NCBI RefSeq assembly: GCF_009914755.1 | Contig: NC_060928.1 | Reading direction: 5' to 3' (one strand) | Source: the human T2T-CHM13v2.0 reference genome, Homo sapiens | Length of the DNA stretch: 64,000 nucleotides | Part shown: piece by piece, positions 25,707 to 38,839 of the stretch | How positions within the stretch are numbered: the stretch's first letter is position 1 | Layout of the letters: every line of letters begins with the position of its first letter | Notes under the pieces: generated by a model | Told to the model about the DNA's origin: nothing | The model's input: only the letters and a program-made list of their open reading frames with translations | Database searches by the model: none | Made by a program: the position numbers and the translations under genes

Positions 25707-27334
25707 ATGTTTACCTTTCATTAACCACTTATGTTTATTGGATATATAATGAATTTAACTGCATATTCTGTAGCTTTAAAGTCTGTCTTTTAGATTTACA
25801 TTTTTGGTTTTGTTCTCATTTGTTAAGATATTGGCCTATGTCATGAATCATGGCCAAATCTATGTATGTATCGATTTTCTATTTTAAGGGTAATTTCCAT
25901 TTTAAAATCATCACCAAATAATTTTTCTTTATTATCCTATGTGCTTCTGGGTGTTTCTCTCTGACATTAATTTAATTCAATGATTATTTTTTCATGATAG
26001 GGTAATAATAATTGAGAAATCATGGTTAGTCATAAGGGAATGCCTTCTGAAGGAACGCTGAAATCCTCCTATGGGTTATCTAATATTGGCTATACATAAT
26101 GTTCATAGATTCATTTTCAAAACACTTAGCAAAGTGTTCAAAACGCTTAGTAATTGGCTGTTTTGCTTTATTCATACTATAATACCTGTTTATAATAGAT
26201 GGGAAATCTCATGTTTTAAATATGAGTTTCTTTTAGCAGATTTGTATTCATATAAACAACCGACAATCATTAGAGAATGACAGAAATTTTGTGAAGAAAT
26301 AATGCAGGAAGTAAATGCATAAATATTTCTAAGCTATTGGTAATTCTTGTCATGTTATCCCCTATTTTTAGGAACCTAAAGTAAACTCACTGAAATGAAA
26401 CAATAAGATACAATGTCATGTTTCTTTCCCTTGGACATTTTCAACAGCAGGAGGTATCCAATGATTGTCAGGTGGCTTTTGTCACTGATGAATACCAACG
26501 AAGTAAAGAATTGTAATTTAAGCTAAGTTTGGTTTCTAGAGACCTAGTTTAAAAATTCTGAAACCACTCATTTTATTTTGCTATACCCCTAACTTCAGTA
26601 CCTTCCTCAGTTGCCTCTACTTTTCTTTTCAGGACTTTTCTTTTCATTAGCAGGCTCAACTAAGTATTTTTCATTGATTTTTTAAATTTGGTCCTACAGT
26701 TTGATATCTTTAAAAGTTACCCAAACTCTTCAAAGCATAAAACATCCCCATTAATGAGGCAAATTAACCACCTCTATAATGGTTTATTTTGCCTTTATTT
26801 GCTTCAACTTTTACCATGAAAATATTAATTAGATATCTAATCAGTTAAACAAAGAAAAAAATTCTAGTGACAAAATGTGGTCTTCCATTCACTTAAGACT
26901 TCAGGATATAAACTTACATGGCAATAGAAACAAGAAGCCTTTTTGTTGAAAGGGAAGTTAGCCTAGTATTCTAAAATTGAATCTTCCAATATCTATGTGC
27001 CACTGAAAATGGTGATTTTAATTTTCTAAGAGGAAGTTCCTTCCTTTGTAAAATGATGTAGTTGAATTTGATAATTACTGAGGATTTATTTCTAAAAGGC
27101 ATATCAACTCAGCATCTAATATAAAATATGCATTTAAAATACATTACAAAGTTAATTTCTACTTAGAATTTAGAACTAAAGAATTCAAGTAAGAAGCTAC
27201 TTATCAGAAAGCTACAAATAATGTAGAACTGCATTTCTAAAATATCTTAAGCCAGACATAACGCAGTTTTGTCCTAGTATAATTATGTTTACTTGATGCT
27301 CATGTGTTTGAAGAGTAAAGCTAATGTACAGCAA

Positions 27335-30300
27335 TACTTCCTGGACACATACAACCTACCATGATTGAACCAAGAAGAAATAAAAATCTAATAGACCAAA
27401 ACAAGTAATGAGATTGAATTAGTAATTAAAAGTCTTCCAACTTAAAGTCAGAGACTGGATGACTTCATTGCTAAATGCTACCAAATCTCTAAAGCAGAAT
27501 TAATACTAATTCTTCTCAAACTATTCCAAAAAATTGAAGAGGGGAAAATTCTTTCTAACATCCTATGGGGCCAGTATAACCCTGGTACCTAGCTCAGATA
27601 GAGACACAACAGGAAAAGAAAACTACAGGCCAATGTCTCTGATGAACCTAGAAACAAACATTTTCAACAAAATGCTAGCAAACAGAATCCAACAATACAT
27701 CTAAAAGGTAATACACTATGATCAAATGGGATTGTCCTAGTAATGCGAGGATGGTTTAACATATGCAAATAAATAAACGTCATACATCACATCAATAGGA
27801 TGAAGGACCAAAACCATATGATCATCTCAATAGATGCAGAAAAAGCTTTTGCTAAAATTTAATATCCTGTCATGAGGAAAACTCATAATAATATAGAATA
27901 ATAATATAGTCCTCAATAATAAAGGCCATATATGACAAACCCACAGCTAACATCTTCCTCAATGGGACAAACCTAAAAACGTTTCTTCTAAGAACTGGAG
28001 CAAGACAAGCATGTCCACTCTCACCACTCTTATTCAACATAGTACTAGAAGTAGTAGCCAGATAGTCAATGAGGCAAGAAAAAGAAACGAAGGGCATACA
28101 AATAGAAAAGGGGGAAGTCAAATCATCCCTATGTGCAGATTACAGGATCTCATACAAAGAAAAACCTAAAGTCTCAGCCAACAAACTCTTAGAACTGATA
28201 CACAAATTCAGTAAAGTTGTAGTATACAAAGTTAATATGTAAACATTAGTAGTGCTTCTACACAAGAACAATGAACTAGCTGAAAAAGAAATCAAGATGA
28301 TAATCCCATTTATAATAGCTAAAACCAAAAAATAAAATATTTAGAAATGAATTTAACCAAAGGGTGAAAAATACCTCTACAAGGAAAACTACAAAATCCA
28401 GATGAAAGAAATTGAGGAAAATACAACCAAATGAAGACATCCTATGCTCATCAATCATAATAATTAATATTGTTAAAATAACAATACTACTCAAAGCAAT
28501 CTGCCGATTCCATGCAATTTGTATCAAAATACCAATGACATTCTTCACAGAAATAGAAAAAAATCCTAAAATTAGTAAAAACCACAAAAGAACCTGAATA
28601 TAGCAATCTTGAGAAAAAAAAAAAAGCTAGAGTTATCAAACTGCCAGGCCTCAAAATGTACTGCAAACTATTGTAACCACAACAGTATGTTACTGGCATA
28701 AAAACAGAGACACAGACCAATGGAACAGAATAAATAACCTAGAAATTAATCCTCATATCTATAGACAACTGATTTTTGACAACAGTGCCAAGAACACTCT
28801 TTGAGGAAAGAGCAGTCTCATCAACAAATGATGCTGGAAAACTGGGTAGTAATATGCAGAAGAATGAAACTAGACACCCACATCTCACCCTATACAAAAA
28901 CCAACACAAAACTGTTCAAATACCTAAATGTAACACCCCCAAAAATAAAACTACTGAAAGAAAACATAGGGGAAATGCTTCAGTACATTGGTCTGGGGAT
29001 AGATTTTATGAATAAGACCTCAAAAGGACAAGCAACAAAAGCAAAAATAATTAAATGGGATTATATTTAACTAGAAATCTCTGCACAGCAAAGGAAACAA
29101 GCAACAGATTGGTAATAAATCCTATAGAATGGGAGAGAATATTTGCAAACTACTCACCCCAAAGAAGATCCATATCCAGAATATACAAGGAATACAAACA
29201 TCTGGCCAGCAAAAAAAACAAATAATCCAATTTTAAATTGGGCAAATTATCTGTCTGAACTGACATTTCTCAAATGAAGGCAAACAAATGGGCAACAAAT
29301 AAATGAAAAAATACTCATCCTGGAACCAGTGGCTCATGCCTGTAATCCTAGAACGTTGGGAGTCTGAGACAGATGGACTGCTTGAGCTCAATAGTTCAAG
29401 ACCAGCCTGGGCAACATGGTGAAACCCCATCTCTACAAAAAATACAAAAATTAGCCTGGAGTGGTGGCATGCACCTGCAGTCCCAGCTACCTGGGGAGTT
29501 GAGGCAACAGGATCACTTGAGCTGGGGCGGTTGAGGCTGCAGTGAGCTGAGATTGTGCCACTGTACTCCAGCCTAGGTGACAGAGAAAGACCATCTTAGA
29601 AACAAAAAACCCTCAACATCGCTAATCATCAGGAAAATCCAAACCACAGTGAAGTATCATCTCACTTTACTTAAGATGGCTGTTACGAAAAAGGCAAAAA
29701 GCAAATGCTGGCAATGATGCAGTGAAAAGGAAACACTTATACACCATTGGTGGGATTGGAAACTAGTACAGCTGATATGGAATTTCCTCAAAAAACTACA
29801 AATAGAACAACCATATAATCCAGCAATGTTGCCACTGAGAATGTACCCAAAGGAAAAGAAATCATTCTATCAAAGAGAAATCTACACCCCCATGTTTATT
29901 GAAGCACTAGTCACAACAACCAAGAATTGGGATCAGGCAAGGTGTCCAACAACAGATGAATGAATAAAGAAAATGTGGTATATATACGCAATTGAAAAAG
30001 AAAACAAATGACAACCTGTCATTCTGGGCAACAAGGATAGAACTGGAGGACATTATGTTAAGTGAAATAAGCCAGGAACAGAAAGTTAAACACCACATGG
30101 TTTCACTTATCTGTGGAAACTAAGAAAAGTCGATCTCATAGAAGTAAAAAGTAGAACAAAGAACACTTACTAGAGGCTGGGAAAGCAAAAGGAAAGACAG
30201 ACAGGGAGAGATTTGTTAATGGGTACAGAATTATAGCTAGATAGAACGCATAAGTTCTTGTATTTTATACCACTGCAGAATGACTATAGTTAACAATAAT

Positions 30301-30490
30301 GTTTTAAATAGTTTCAAATAGCTAGAAGGAAGCTAGTGAACAATTCCAACATAAAGAAATGATAAATATTTGAGATGATGGAAATGCTAATTGCCCCATC
30401 TGATCACTATACATTTTATGCACTGAAACATCTCTATGTACCCCATGAATATTTATAGTTATTTGTCAATTAAGAAATAAAATACAAACA
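27335..30490 (+). mobile_element. 5'-truncated L1MA (L1MA2/3-like): degraded ORF2 RT/C-terminal region and 3' UTR
   Basis: aaaaccatatgatcatctcaatagatgcagaaaaagc, ggccatatatgacaaacccacagctaacatc, ataccaatgacattcttcacagaaatagaaaaa; 3' end tctgatcactatacatt...tgtaccccatgaatat; many stops and frameshifts. Confidence 0.93.
29318..29609 (+). mobile_element. AluJ SINE inserted in the L1MA
   Basis: cagtggctcatgcctgtaatcc...gcttgagctca...ttgaggctgcagtgagc (J-type features). Confidence 0.92.
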
Positions 30491-33400
30491 AATGTATTTG
30501 ATTCAATATACCTTATTATCCTTCAGAATGCAGTTTACCCAACATTTTTCCTTCTTTTTTTCTTTGTTTCTGTTTTTTTCTCCTCCCCCTTTTCCATTTC
30601 TTCCCTCCATTCACTTCCTTTATGTTCACTTCAGAAATATTTTACCAACAAAATACCAAGTTAGAAGTCAAAAAGTAATCACTTATTATTTGCTTTCGTG
30701 GTTTTTTTTTTTTTTTTTTTTTTGGTGAGGCTTTGGACAAAATAAGAATTCCACAATGAAAGTAGAAAATAAGGTAATTCTATCTATTCTCACTTTTACA
30801 TCCACTACTACAGTGTGAATACGAAATCTTATCTGTCTACCAGATAGTTAATTTTCACATTTAACCTTAGTGAATTTGAATGAACTTTTGAAACTAGAAT
30901 GTATCAAATGAAATTAAGAAACAATTTTGAAATATAACAGAAGCCTTCCTCTTCCTGGCTCCCACATAAGGATGTTATTCCACTTAAAAATAACCAGTTA
31001 ATCAATCATATTGATATTGGGAATGTTTGCATATCAGTGTGTAGGACATTAGCTAGTCTACGAGTAACTTAATCTAATAAATGTGCAGGCAAAGTGTGAA
31101 GAATAAAAAGTGACAAAAATTGGGTATTTATACAATTCTGCCATAATGTAGCTAAAGTCTCAGGAAAGTCATTTAATCTCTTTGGCCTAATTTTCTACTT
31201 TGTAAAATGATTTTCTTCTACATTGTGCAGTAATGTGTAGTTATCATTAAGTAAATTAAAATATAAAATATCCCATTAGAAATCTTAATCTAGTATTTTA
31301 CCTTTTTGACATTCCTTCTTATGCGAAGAAAAATAAAACCAGAGAAAATTAGGGGAAAAAAGAAAAGAAAAAATTTATTGAATACTTTCATGTGTCTAGG
31401 CATCTTTATTTATTGTTTCATTTAATTCTCATAACTACCTTAAGTGGTAAATATTATCTGAATTATAAGGTTGAGGATTTTGTGGCTTTGCCAGGTAATT
31501 TGGCTAGTATATAATTGATTGATGCAGGTATATACATTGTGAGACTCTCATTCAAATTTTATTTGAGCAATGTGATATTAAATGTGAACACACTCTACCT
31601 TTCTATTTCCCAACCAAACATCTCTTCCCTTCCACTACAAGTAAGCAGAAATTCTCTGAAAATAACACACTATTACTGGCAGAAACTGTGTGTTAAGTAT
31701 ATAGCAGCATCTTTTTATGTCCCCAAGGACTTCACACACTTGTGTCACCTTGTTCTTGTTCTTTGAGAAGTTTGTAGTTCTTTTCCTATATTTATACCTC
31801 TGACTTATACTTTCTAATTCTGCTACTTAAAAAAAATCTCCTTAGTGTCACATATTGTTTTTTAGTTATTTTTTTAACTCACTGGAGAGAAGGGAACAAT
31901 TATCCCCATTCTTTGGTAAGGTAAAATAATACATCAAGATCTAAATATTTGTTTGCTTTCATTGGCAATGAGAATGTTCTTAATGGCATTTAACTGTGGT
32001 TTGATTGGCTCTCATTACCACTTATTTAATATTTTCTCCCAAATCCTAGGGTATTTTGTATCCTCTCCTTAAGGTACATGAAAGCAAACAGCATTCACCT
32101 TAATCTATTCAACTATATTTCACTGAACATAGACTTATTGTCTTGTACTGTACCTTAGAAGACTAATTTAGATTTTGAAAAAATAAAATATATCCATATC
32201 TGTAGCATTTTAATTTTCTATTTCTTATTACATAAGCACAAGGCATATATTCTCAGGAAAGTAATAGACCAAAAAGGAAAACTAATCTAAACTAGCAATA
32301 AAGTAGTTAATTCTCTTCCTGAAGAGAGTATATACAAATGACCAAAATAATAAATCATTGACCAAATTTTATAGTGTGTTGTATATCTTATAGTCAATGG
32401 TGATTTGCAAATAAATGTTTTCAGAGCTAAATTTGTTTCTGTTTGTACTTGATATAATAGATTGTGGCACACAAAGAAAATGAAGTGTGATACACACTTT
32501 GAATTGTGTATGTGTGGTTGTGTACGCATTAGGGAAACACACACACACACACCCCCACAGGGACACAGACACACATATATTTCAAAGCAGTTGGCAGCTC
32601 TGTTCCAAAATACAGGTTGCTATGTGTTAATTTTAAAAACGTTAGAACTTTCATAGAGAGTCAATGTAGTGTTATTGCAACATCTAAAAGAGTTTAGGAA
32701 ATATTGTACATCAGAGACCTTTATGTGCATTTATTCACTCTAATCTCCCACTGATCAAAACAAATAACCCCAAACTAATAAGGTAGCGTTAACTATGAGA
32801 GAGAAAAATTCTAAAAATAATATAATTGTTCTGCAAAGATTTGAATTTTCATGGAAAAATTTCATACTTTTTAAAATAAAATGTTTAGTTGATATCTTTT
32901 TCATAAAATGCGGACAATTCTATGATAAACTTATTGTATTCATAATTCCTTATTGAGTAATGTCTATTAATTATTTCTCTCATCAGTGGATAGACCAAAA
33001 TGTATACACTTGAGAAAAAAGAAATTTATAATTTAGACAATTGGTAAATATTTTTGCTCAGTTTTTGAGCATATTATAAAATATTAAAATGGTTCTTATC
33101 TATGAAGTATATGTGTTAAAAAACACTTAATTTAATAAATCGGGGAAGAATCAATTTTAGATTTAAACAAAATTTAATGAGAAGTTTTAATAGCTATAAT
33201 TAACAATTAAAACTTTAAGAATACAATGACATAGAATAATCAAATATTTTCTTGCAAAAAAGCATATGATCCAGAGCAACTGACTACTGTACAATCCTAG
33301 CATTTTAAACAAAAATAGTGACTGTAGCTTATAGGTATCAGAGAAACATCTTGTAATTTAGTTTAAAAGTTACAATGAGAAGATAGCATGAGAAAAATCT

Positions 33401-34149
33401 ACCAAGAGAACTAAACTTACTTTTTAAACTTAAGCTAATTAGCATATAAGGTATACATTGCCACAATGTCAATATATGAAGACACTAAAATAAAAATAAA
33501 TAAAAGTATTTTAGTGAAAATACTAAAATAAAAATAAAATTCATTCTGAGCCCTTATTTAAATTACATAAAGGTGAACATAGCCTATGTACATGTATGAT
33601 TGTGTGCCCCTCATTTTACAAACATAAAATTAAAAACTGGTAGTACCATCACATCTCAAGGTGAGCAGGCACTGGCAAAATTTGCATTATATTTTAGTCA
33701 TATATCACATTATAAATGCCCAGACAAAAGAAACAGAAGAAAAAACAGAGTATTGGGGTTGCAAATATCATCAGGAGATGCCCAGAAATAAATATAATGT
33801 TACTTAAGCATACCATTTAGCATCATATAGATAATTATTTTAATACTTTTCTCAAAAGTCACTAAAAATATAGAACTTAAGTCAAAGTACTGAATATACA
33901 GCACTCTTGCAAAGCAGTAGCTACTTATGTTAACTTAATTCTTATATGTTGTTGCTAAATATGCTTAATAATATATTATTTATTATTATTTAGATTTAAC
34001 TGTGCAAGTTTTTATACCTTATTTTTTTCTGATTTATTGTTTTGCATGTTGTTTCTTTAAGATATGATAAGAATAGAATATAATAGTGTATCATAGAGTG
34101 CAATGCTATTTCTATAATTGGGTTGGTATCATTTGTATAGATATGTTAC

Positions 34150-34265
34150 TTGAAAGTAGACCAGTAGAGTTCGGCTCTACTTACCAGCTACGTAGAGCAA
34201 GTCATTAATTGCTCTGAATATCAATTTTATCATATGTAAAATTGAGTTAATAATAAGATTAAAAA
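34150..34265 (+). mobile_element. MIR (5' piece; likely continues at ~35910-36000)
   Basis: ggctctacttaccagctacgtagagcaagtcattaattgctctg...tcatatgtaaaattgag. Confidence 0.65.
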
Positions 34266-34269
34266 CTAC

Positions 34270-35900
34270 CACATAGGGTAAACATACAGATGGCAAGAAG
34301 ATATGCAGATGGCATATAAGAACATAAAACGATGTCCAACATCATTTGTCATTAGGAAATGCAAATTAAAACCCCAAAGAGACATAGATAAAAAACTGCT
34401 CATCTATCTGAATAGCTAATATGGAAAAAAACTGACAACAACAAATGCTGGTGAGGATGAGAAATAACAAGGACTGTCATTCACTGCTGATGGAATGATG
34501 AAGTGGTAGAGTGGTAGAGCCACTTGAGAAGAGAGTTTGGCAAATGTTTATAAAGTTAAACAAGCACTTACCATTCAACCAGCAATCACAATATTAGTTA
34601 TTTATCCAAGGCATTTTAAAACTTATATTCTCAAAACATTCTGAATGGGAATGTCGATGGCAGCTTTATCTGTAATAGTCAAAAACTTGAACCAAGCGTT
34701 GGAACTCAGAACCCTTATGTGTGACACTTTGGCATGCTGAATATTTTGCACTGAACATGACTGGAAAGCCTCAGAAGCAAGAAGTTCTTTCTAAACTTTT
34801 CCCACTCTCCATTCTCCTTTCCTGTTTCTCCCCCTAAAAATGGTAATAGAAAGTAGAATTTCTCTTCCCTAAGTCAAATTATAGAAACTAGAACTCCTCT
34901 CCCATAGTGCAAACCATAAAATGTAAACATGCCACTCTGACTTATTTCCTTTGAAAGTAGGCCACAGACCCTCATTCCAGAAGGGTTCTTCCCTATACTG
35001 GTGTGGGACTGGGGGAGGAATGCTACACAGAGAACCCAGTAATAATCTGAACAAACAGACTTTCCTATGGTCCCCCCAGTTTGTCACCATTAGATCATAC
35101 CCTTTTTGCCCAATCACATTTCTACATGGATGTCCATTCTTCATTAAATCTAAATTTAAAAATAGAGTTTTCCCTGAGCCTTTGGGTCTTTATTTTCGAA
35201 GGCTCCATATTACATAAAGCTTTGTTAAATAAATTTGTTATGCTTTTATCTTGTTCATCTGTCTGTCTTAGGAGTGTTGGCCATGACTCTTGTGATGGGT
35301 GAAGAAAATATATTATACATTTTGCATCTATACAAGGTATATGTCCTTCAATAAGTACATTGATAAACAAACCATGGTTGAGCCATATAATGGAATGCAA
35401 TTTAAAGATAAAAGGAATGAGCTATTCACTCATGCAACAAAATGAATGAATGTTTAATACAGTTCACTAATTGAAATAGGATACACCCAAAAGCTGGCAT
35501 ATTTCCTGATTCCATTGCATGATATTTTGGGAAAAGCAAAAATAATAGAGACAGGTAGAAATTGTAGAAGACAAGGATTTCGGGAAGGAAAGAGCTGTTG
35601 AATATGAGAAAATGTATAAGAAAAATTTTAGGGCAAAGAAACTATTTTTTATGGTACTGGAATAGCGGATACATGGTTTCACGCATTTGTAAAAACCTAT
35701 AGAATTGTACATCATAAAAAGTGAAATCTAATTTATGCTGGGGTTTAGTTAGCAGTAATGTACCCATGTCAGTTTCCTAATTTTGACACATGTTGTATAG
35801 TAATGTAAAATGCTAAACTAGATGAGAGATGTTTGGAAATCTATGTTCTATCTTTGCAAATTTTTCTGTGAATGTAGAATATGTAAAATTGTGTAAATGT
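34270..35900 (+). mobile_element. Old L1M (L1MB-ME-like) ORF2 end/3' UTR, split by a MER39-like LTR
   Basis: gtcattaggaaatgcaaattaaaacc, caaatgctggtgaggatg; resumes at 35337 with atgtccttcaataagt...ataaacaaaccatgg. Confidence 0.78.
34697..35332 (+). mobile_element. MER39/MER34-group ERV1 solo LTR
   Basis: gttggaactcagaa...ctttggcatgctgaatatttt...atagaaactagaactcctc; perfect 4-bp TSD caag at 34693-34696 and 35333-35336. Confidence 0.8.
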
Positions 35901-36069
35901 ATAAAGAGCATATTTCTCATAGAGTTGTTGAGGGGAGTAAATCAGTTATATATACAAATCATGTGGAACAATACTCAAGATAGAAACATTTAGTGTTGGC
36001 TAATGGAAACATTTAGTGTTGGCTAAAAGAAAAGTCTGGCCTTTTCTTTTCCACTTATTTTTCTACAAA

Positions 36070-36580
36070 TGCAACCCCTTTCTTTGCTGTGGGTAATTAT
36101 TCATGTATTTTGCACTGGACTGAGTACATATTTTCCCTTCCCTCCACCTCCAGTAAAAGTAGTGGCATAGGTGCCACATCTAGCTAATGAGATAACCCCA
36201 CTCTCCAGTCTCAATGATTATTTCAAGCAAGGGCAATTACCCAACCCAGAACTTAAAGAACTTGTGACCTGTTGGGGAAGAAACGTTATTTTCTTTTAAT
36301 ATAGTTCATTTTGTAGGATGTGAGCATGTGACTCCTAGCAAGCCATTTGCGACTAAGTGAGTAGAGCTTTACTGAGAGTAGGTTCATATGGAGGTAAGCA
36401 GAAATGGAGAAAAAATATAAACCATGATGCTATTTGACTGTATTCCTGCATCCACTCATAACTGGGGCTACAGCCTTCCTTTCACAGTTCTAATAATTTA
36501 TGCCAATACGTTAACTGTATTGCTGTGGCTGCTATAAGTTGAGATTCAGCCACTTGCAGTAGTAAAATGAGTAGTACCTA
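36070..36580 (+). mobile_element. Old MLT1 (H-K-like) LTR
   Basis: ggatgtgagcatg...agccattt...tgagagta...ggaggtaagcagaaatggaga; 3' aagttgagattcagccacttgca. Confidence 0.5.
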
Positions 36581-36699
36581 CAGTTTTAATTGCTTGTGGT
36601 TGGACAATGTTAGCTTTATATGACCTTGAGAAGAGATTAATTAACTGGTACTAAGGGTAGGAAACAATGAAGTCAAAAGTGGCCACATTCATCAATCAA

Positions 36700-38090
36700 T
36701 CAATGATTGAAATGTTTATTCAGGCAATCAATGTATATTCAGTAACTTCATTTTAGAAATTAATAACAATTGCTGTGAACATATCGGAAGCAAGAAACAA
36801 ATAATGTAACTACAAGGAGGCATAGCATATAGCTGAACAATGCACTTTTTGAAGAAAACAAAGAAAATTGATTGTTTTTTCCCTCCATTAGAAAATAATT
36901 AGCAAAAAACCTCAAAAACAGAAACTATGTAGAAAAGAATATTTTCAAAATGCAATGAGAAAAAAATTCTGATAATCAGCTGTTTAAGTAACCAGAACAA
37001 CAACAACAATGAAACGGTGATATTTCCTTTCCATCTGTTATAGAAAAAGGAAAAGTCATGGCAATGAAGGAATTATTCTAGCAATGCAAGAATAATGCAG
37101 CATTAGAAAATCTGTCAGTAAAACTCATTACACAGGCAATAGAAAGGATGAAATCCATGATTATTTTAATTGGTGCCAAGAAGAACAAATTAAGAATAAA
37201 AGAAAGCTTTCTTAACTTAAAAAAGATATTAGTAAATATGGCATTTAAAGGTCAAGCCAAAAAGTGGTTCCATTAAAGTGTAAAATTTAGAAATGCCTCT
37301 TTTATATTTTAGTGAGAGTTTCAGCCAATTCAATAAAACAAGAAAAATAAATGAGAGAGGAAAACATTTGCCAATATTATGTAAACTTTATTATTGCACA
37401 AAATCTGATCTTTTAACTATAAACCCTAGGATAATTTAAAAAACCAAGAACTAGAAAAAGTCTCGTATGTGTTGGATATAAGATATCACATATAAAAATC
37501 AATGTTTTTCTAAAATTATAACTTAAAAACCCCCAGAAAATCTAATAGAAAAATGCCATTATGATAGTTAAAATAATTATTATACTTAAAATAAAACTAA
37601 TAAGAAGTCTAAAAAACTTTTATGAATGTAAAATTTGAAAACCAGAGATCATTATTGAATTCCATAAAATATAACAAATAAATAGAAAGCTATACATGAG
37701 AAGTATCAATTTTAAAAGTCTGGGAACATACTGAAAATATCAATATAATATTTAGAGTAAGAAAGCTTTTCATAACAGAAAAATATAATATGGAAATATT
37801 AGATGATATAAAATTTATTGTCTATATGTTAAATTACACCAGGAAATCTTTAAATCACAAAAAAGCAGATATTTGTTTCAAGAACATATAAAGAATTAAT
37901 ACAATTCAATAAGTGAAAGATAAAAAAAGCATTTAAGTAAAGGAGCAAACTTATGATATTTACAGAAAGTATTTATAAGTGGCTCATAAACCTATAAATA
38001 TATTATAACATTATATATTTATGAAATACTAAGGAACAGTTTTAAAAAATGAGGGAAATCTCCATTTACTAACATGAAAAGATTGATAAT
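36700..38090 (+). mobile_element. Highly degraded A-rich L1M ORF2 fragments
   Basis: A-rich sequence with diverged ORF2-like motifs (gccaattcaataaaacaagaaaaataaatgagag, aaaaatcaatgtttttc). Confidence 0.5.
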
Positions 38091-38101
38091 ATAAAGACTG
38101 C

Positions 38102-38215
38102 TGGCACATGTATACATATGTAACTAACCTGCACATTGTGCACATGTACTCTAAAACTTAAAGTATAATAATAATAAAAAAAAGGAAAAAAAAAAAAACA
38201 AAAACAAACAAACAA
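38102..38215 (+). mobile_element. Extremely 5'-truncated young L1PA (L1PA2/3-like) 3' end with tail
   Basis: tggcacatgtatacatatgtaactaacctgcacattgtgcacatgtactctaaaacttaaagtataataataa plus A-rich tail; TSD aaagactgc at 38093-38101 and 38216-38224. Confidence 0.93.
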
Positions 38216-38839
38216 AAAGACTGCACATTTCAGAATTATGCAATGGAATATAATGTCTGTAAAAAAGCAAAAGTAAACATAGAACATGGCATTCTACATT
38301 GTCAATGTGTGTGTTATGTGTGTATGTGTGTGTGTAAACATATTGTCAATATGTGCATGTTTTGTGTATATGTGTGTGTGTGTATACACATTATAAAATG
38401 TTTCAAACACTGCACACCAAACTAATGAAAGCAGGTGTCTCTGAGGAATAATACAGCATGGGGATGCGACAAAAATTCAAAAATAATTTTCAAGGCAAAC
38501 TTAGCATTATTTGTTATTCAAAGACTTTAATTTTCTTCAGTAAAATGACATTTATAATTTAAAAAAATTAACTAAATATGTTGTTGTTTTTTAGAATATG
38601 AGTTCATGCAATTAGATAATTTTTTTTCACTCCTTAATCCCTGGGCTAGAAGAGTGCTGAGCATAGGATGGGAGCTTAAGTATTTTCCACATGAATGAAT
38701 AAATAAATAATGAGCATGGAAAAATAAAAGAAACAAAAAAATGCATAGAAGAACAGCTTGCTTGAATTATCCTTAAAAAAGGTAGAAGAGCTTGTCCTCT
38801 TCCTTTTTCCCTTTTGTCAGGGTTCAAGAAGAAACACAA

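Noticed and set aside
27335-30490. Possible functional reverse transcriptase
   Set aside because: L1 ORF2 relic broken by many stops and frameshifts and an Alu; 5'-truncated.
30702-30723. Orphan T22 tract as a possible processed-pseudogene or solo poly(A) insertion
   Set aside because: No TSD or adjacent retrocopy body could be identified.
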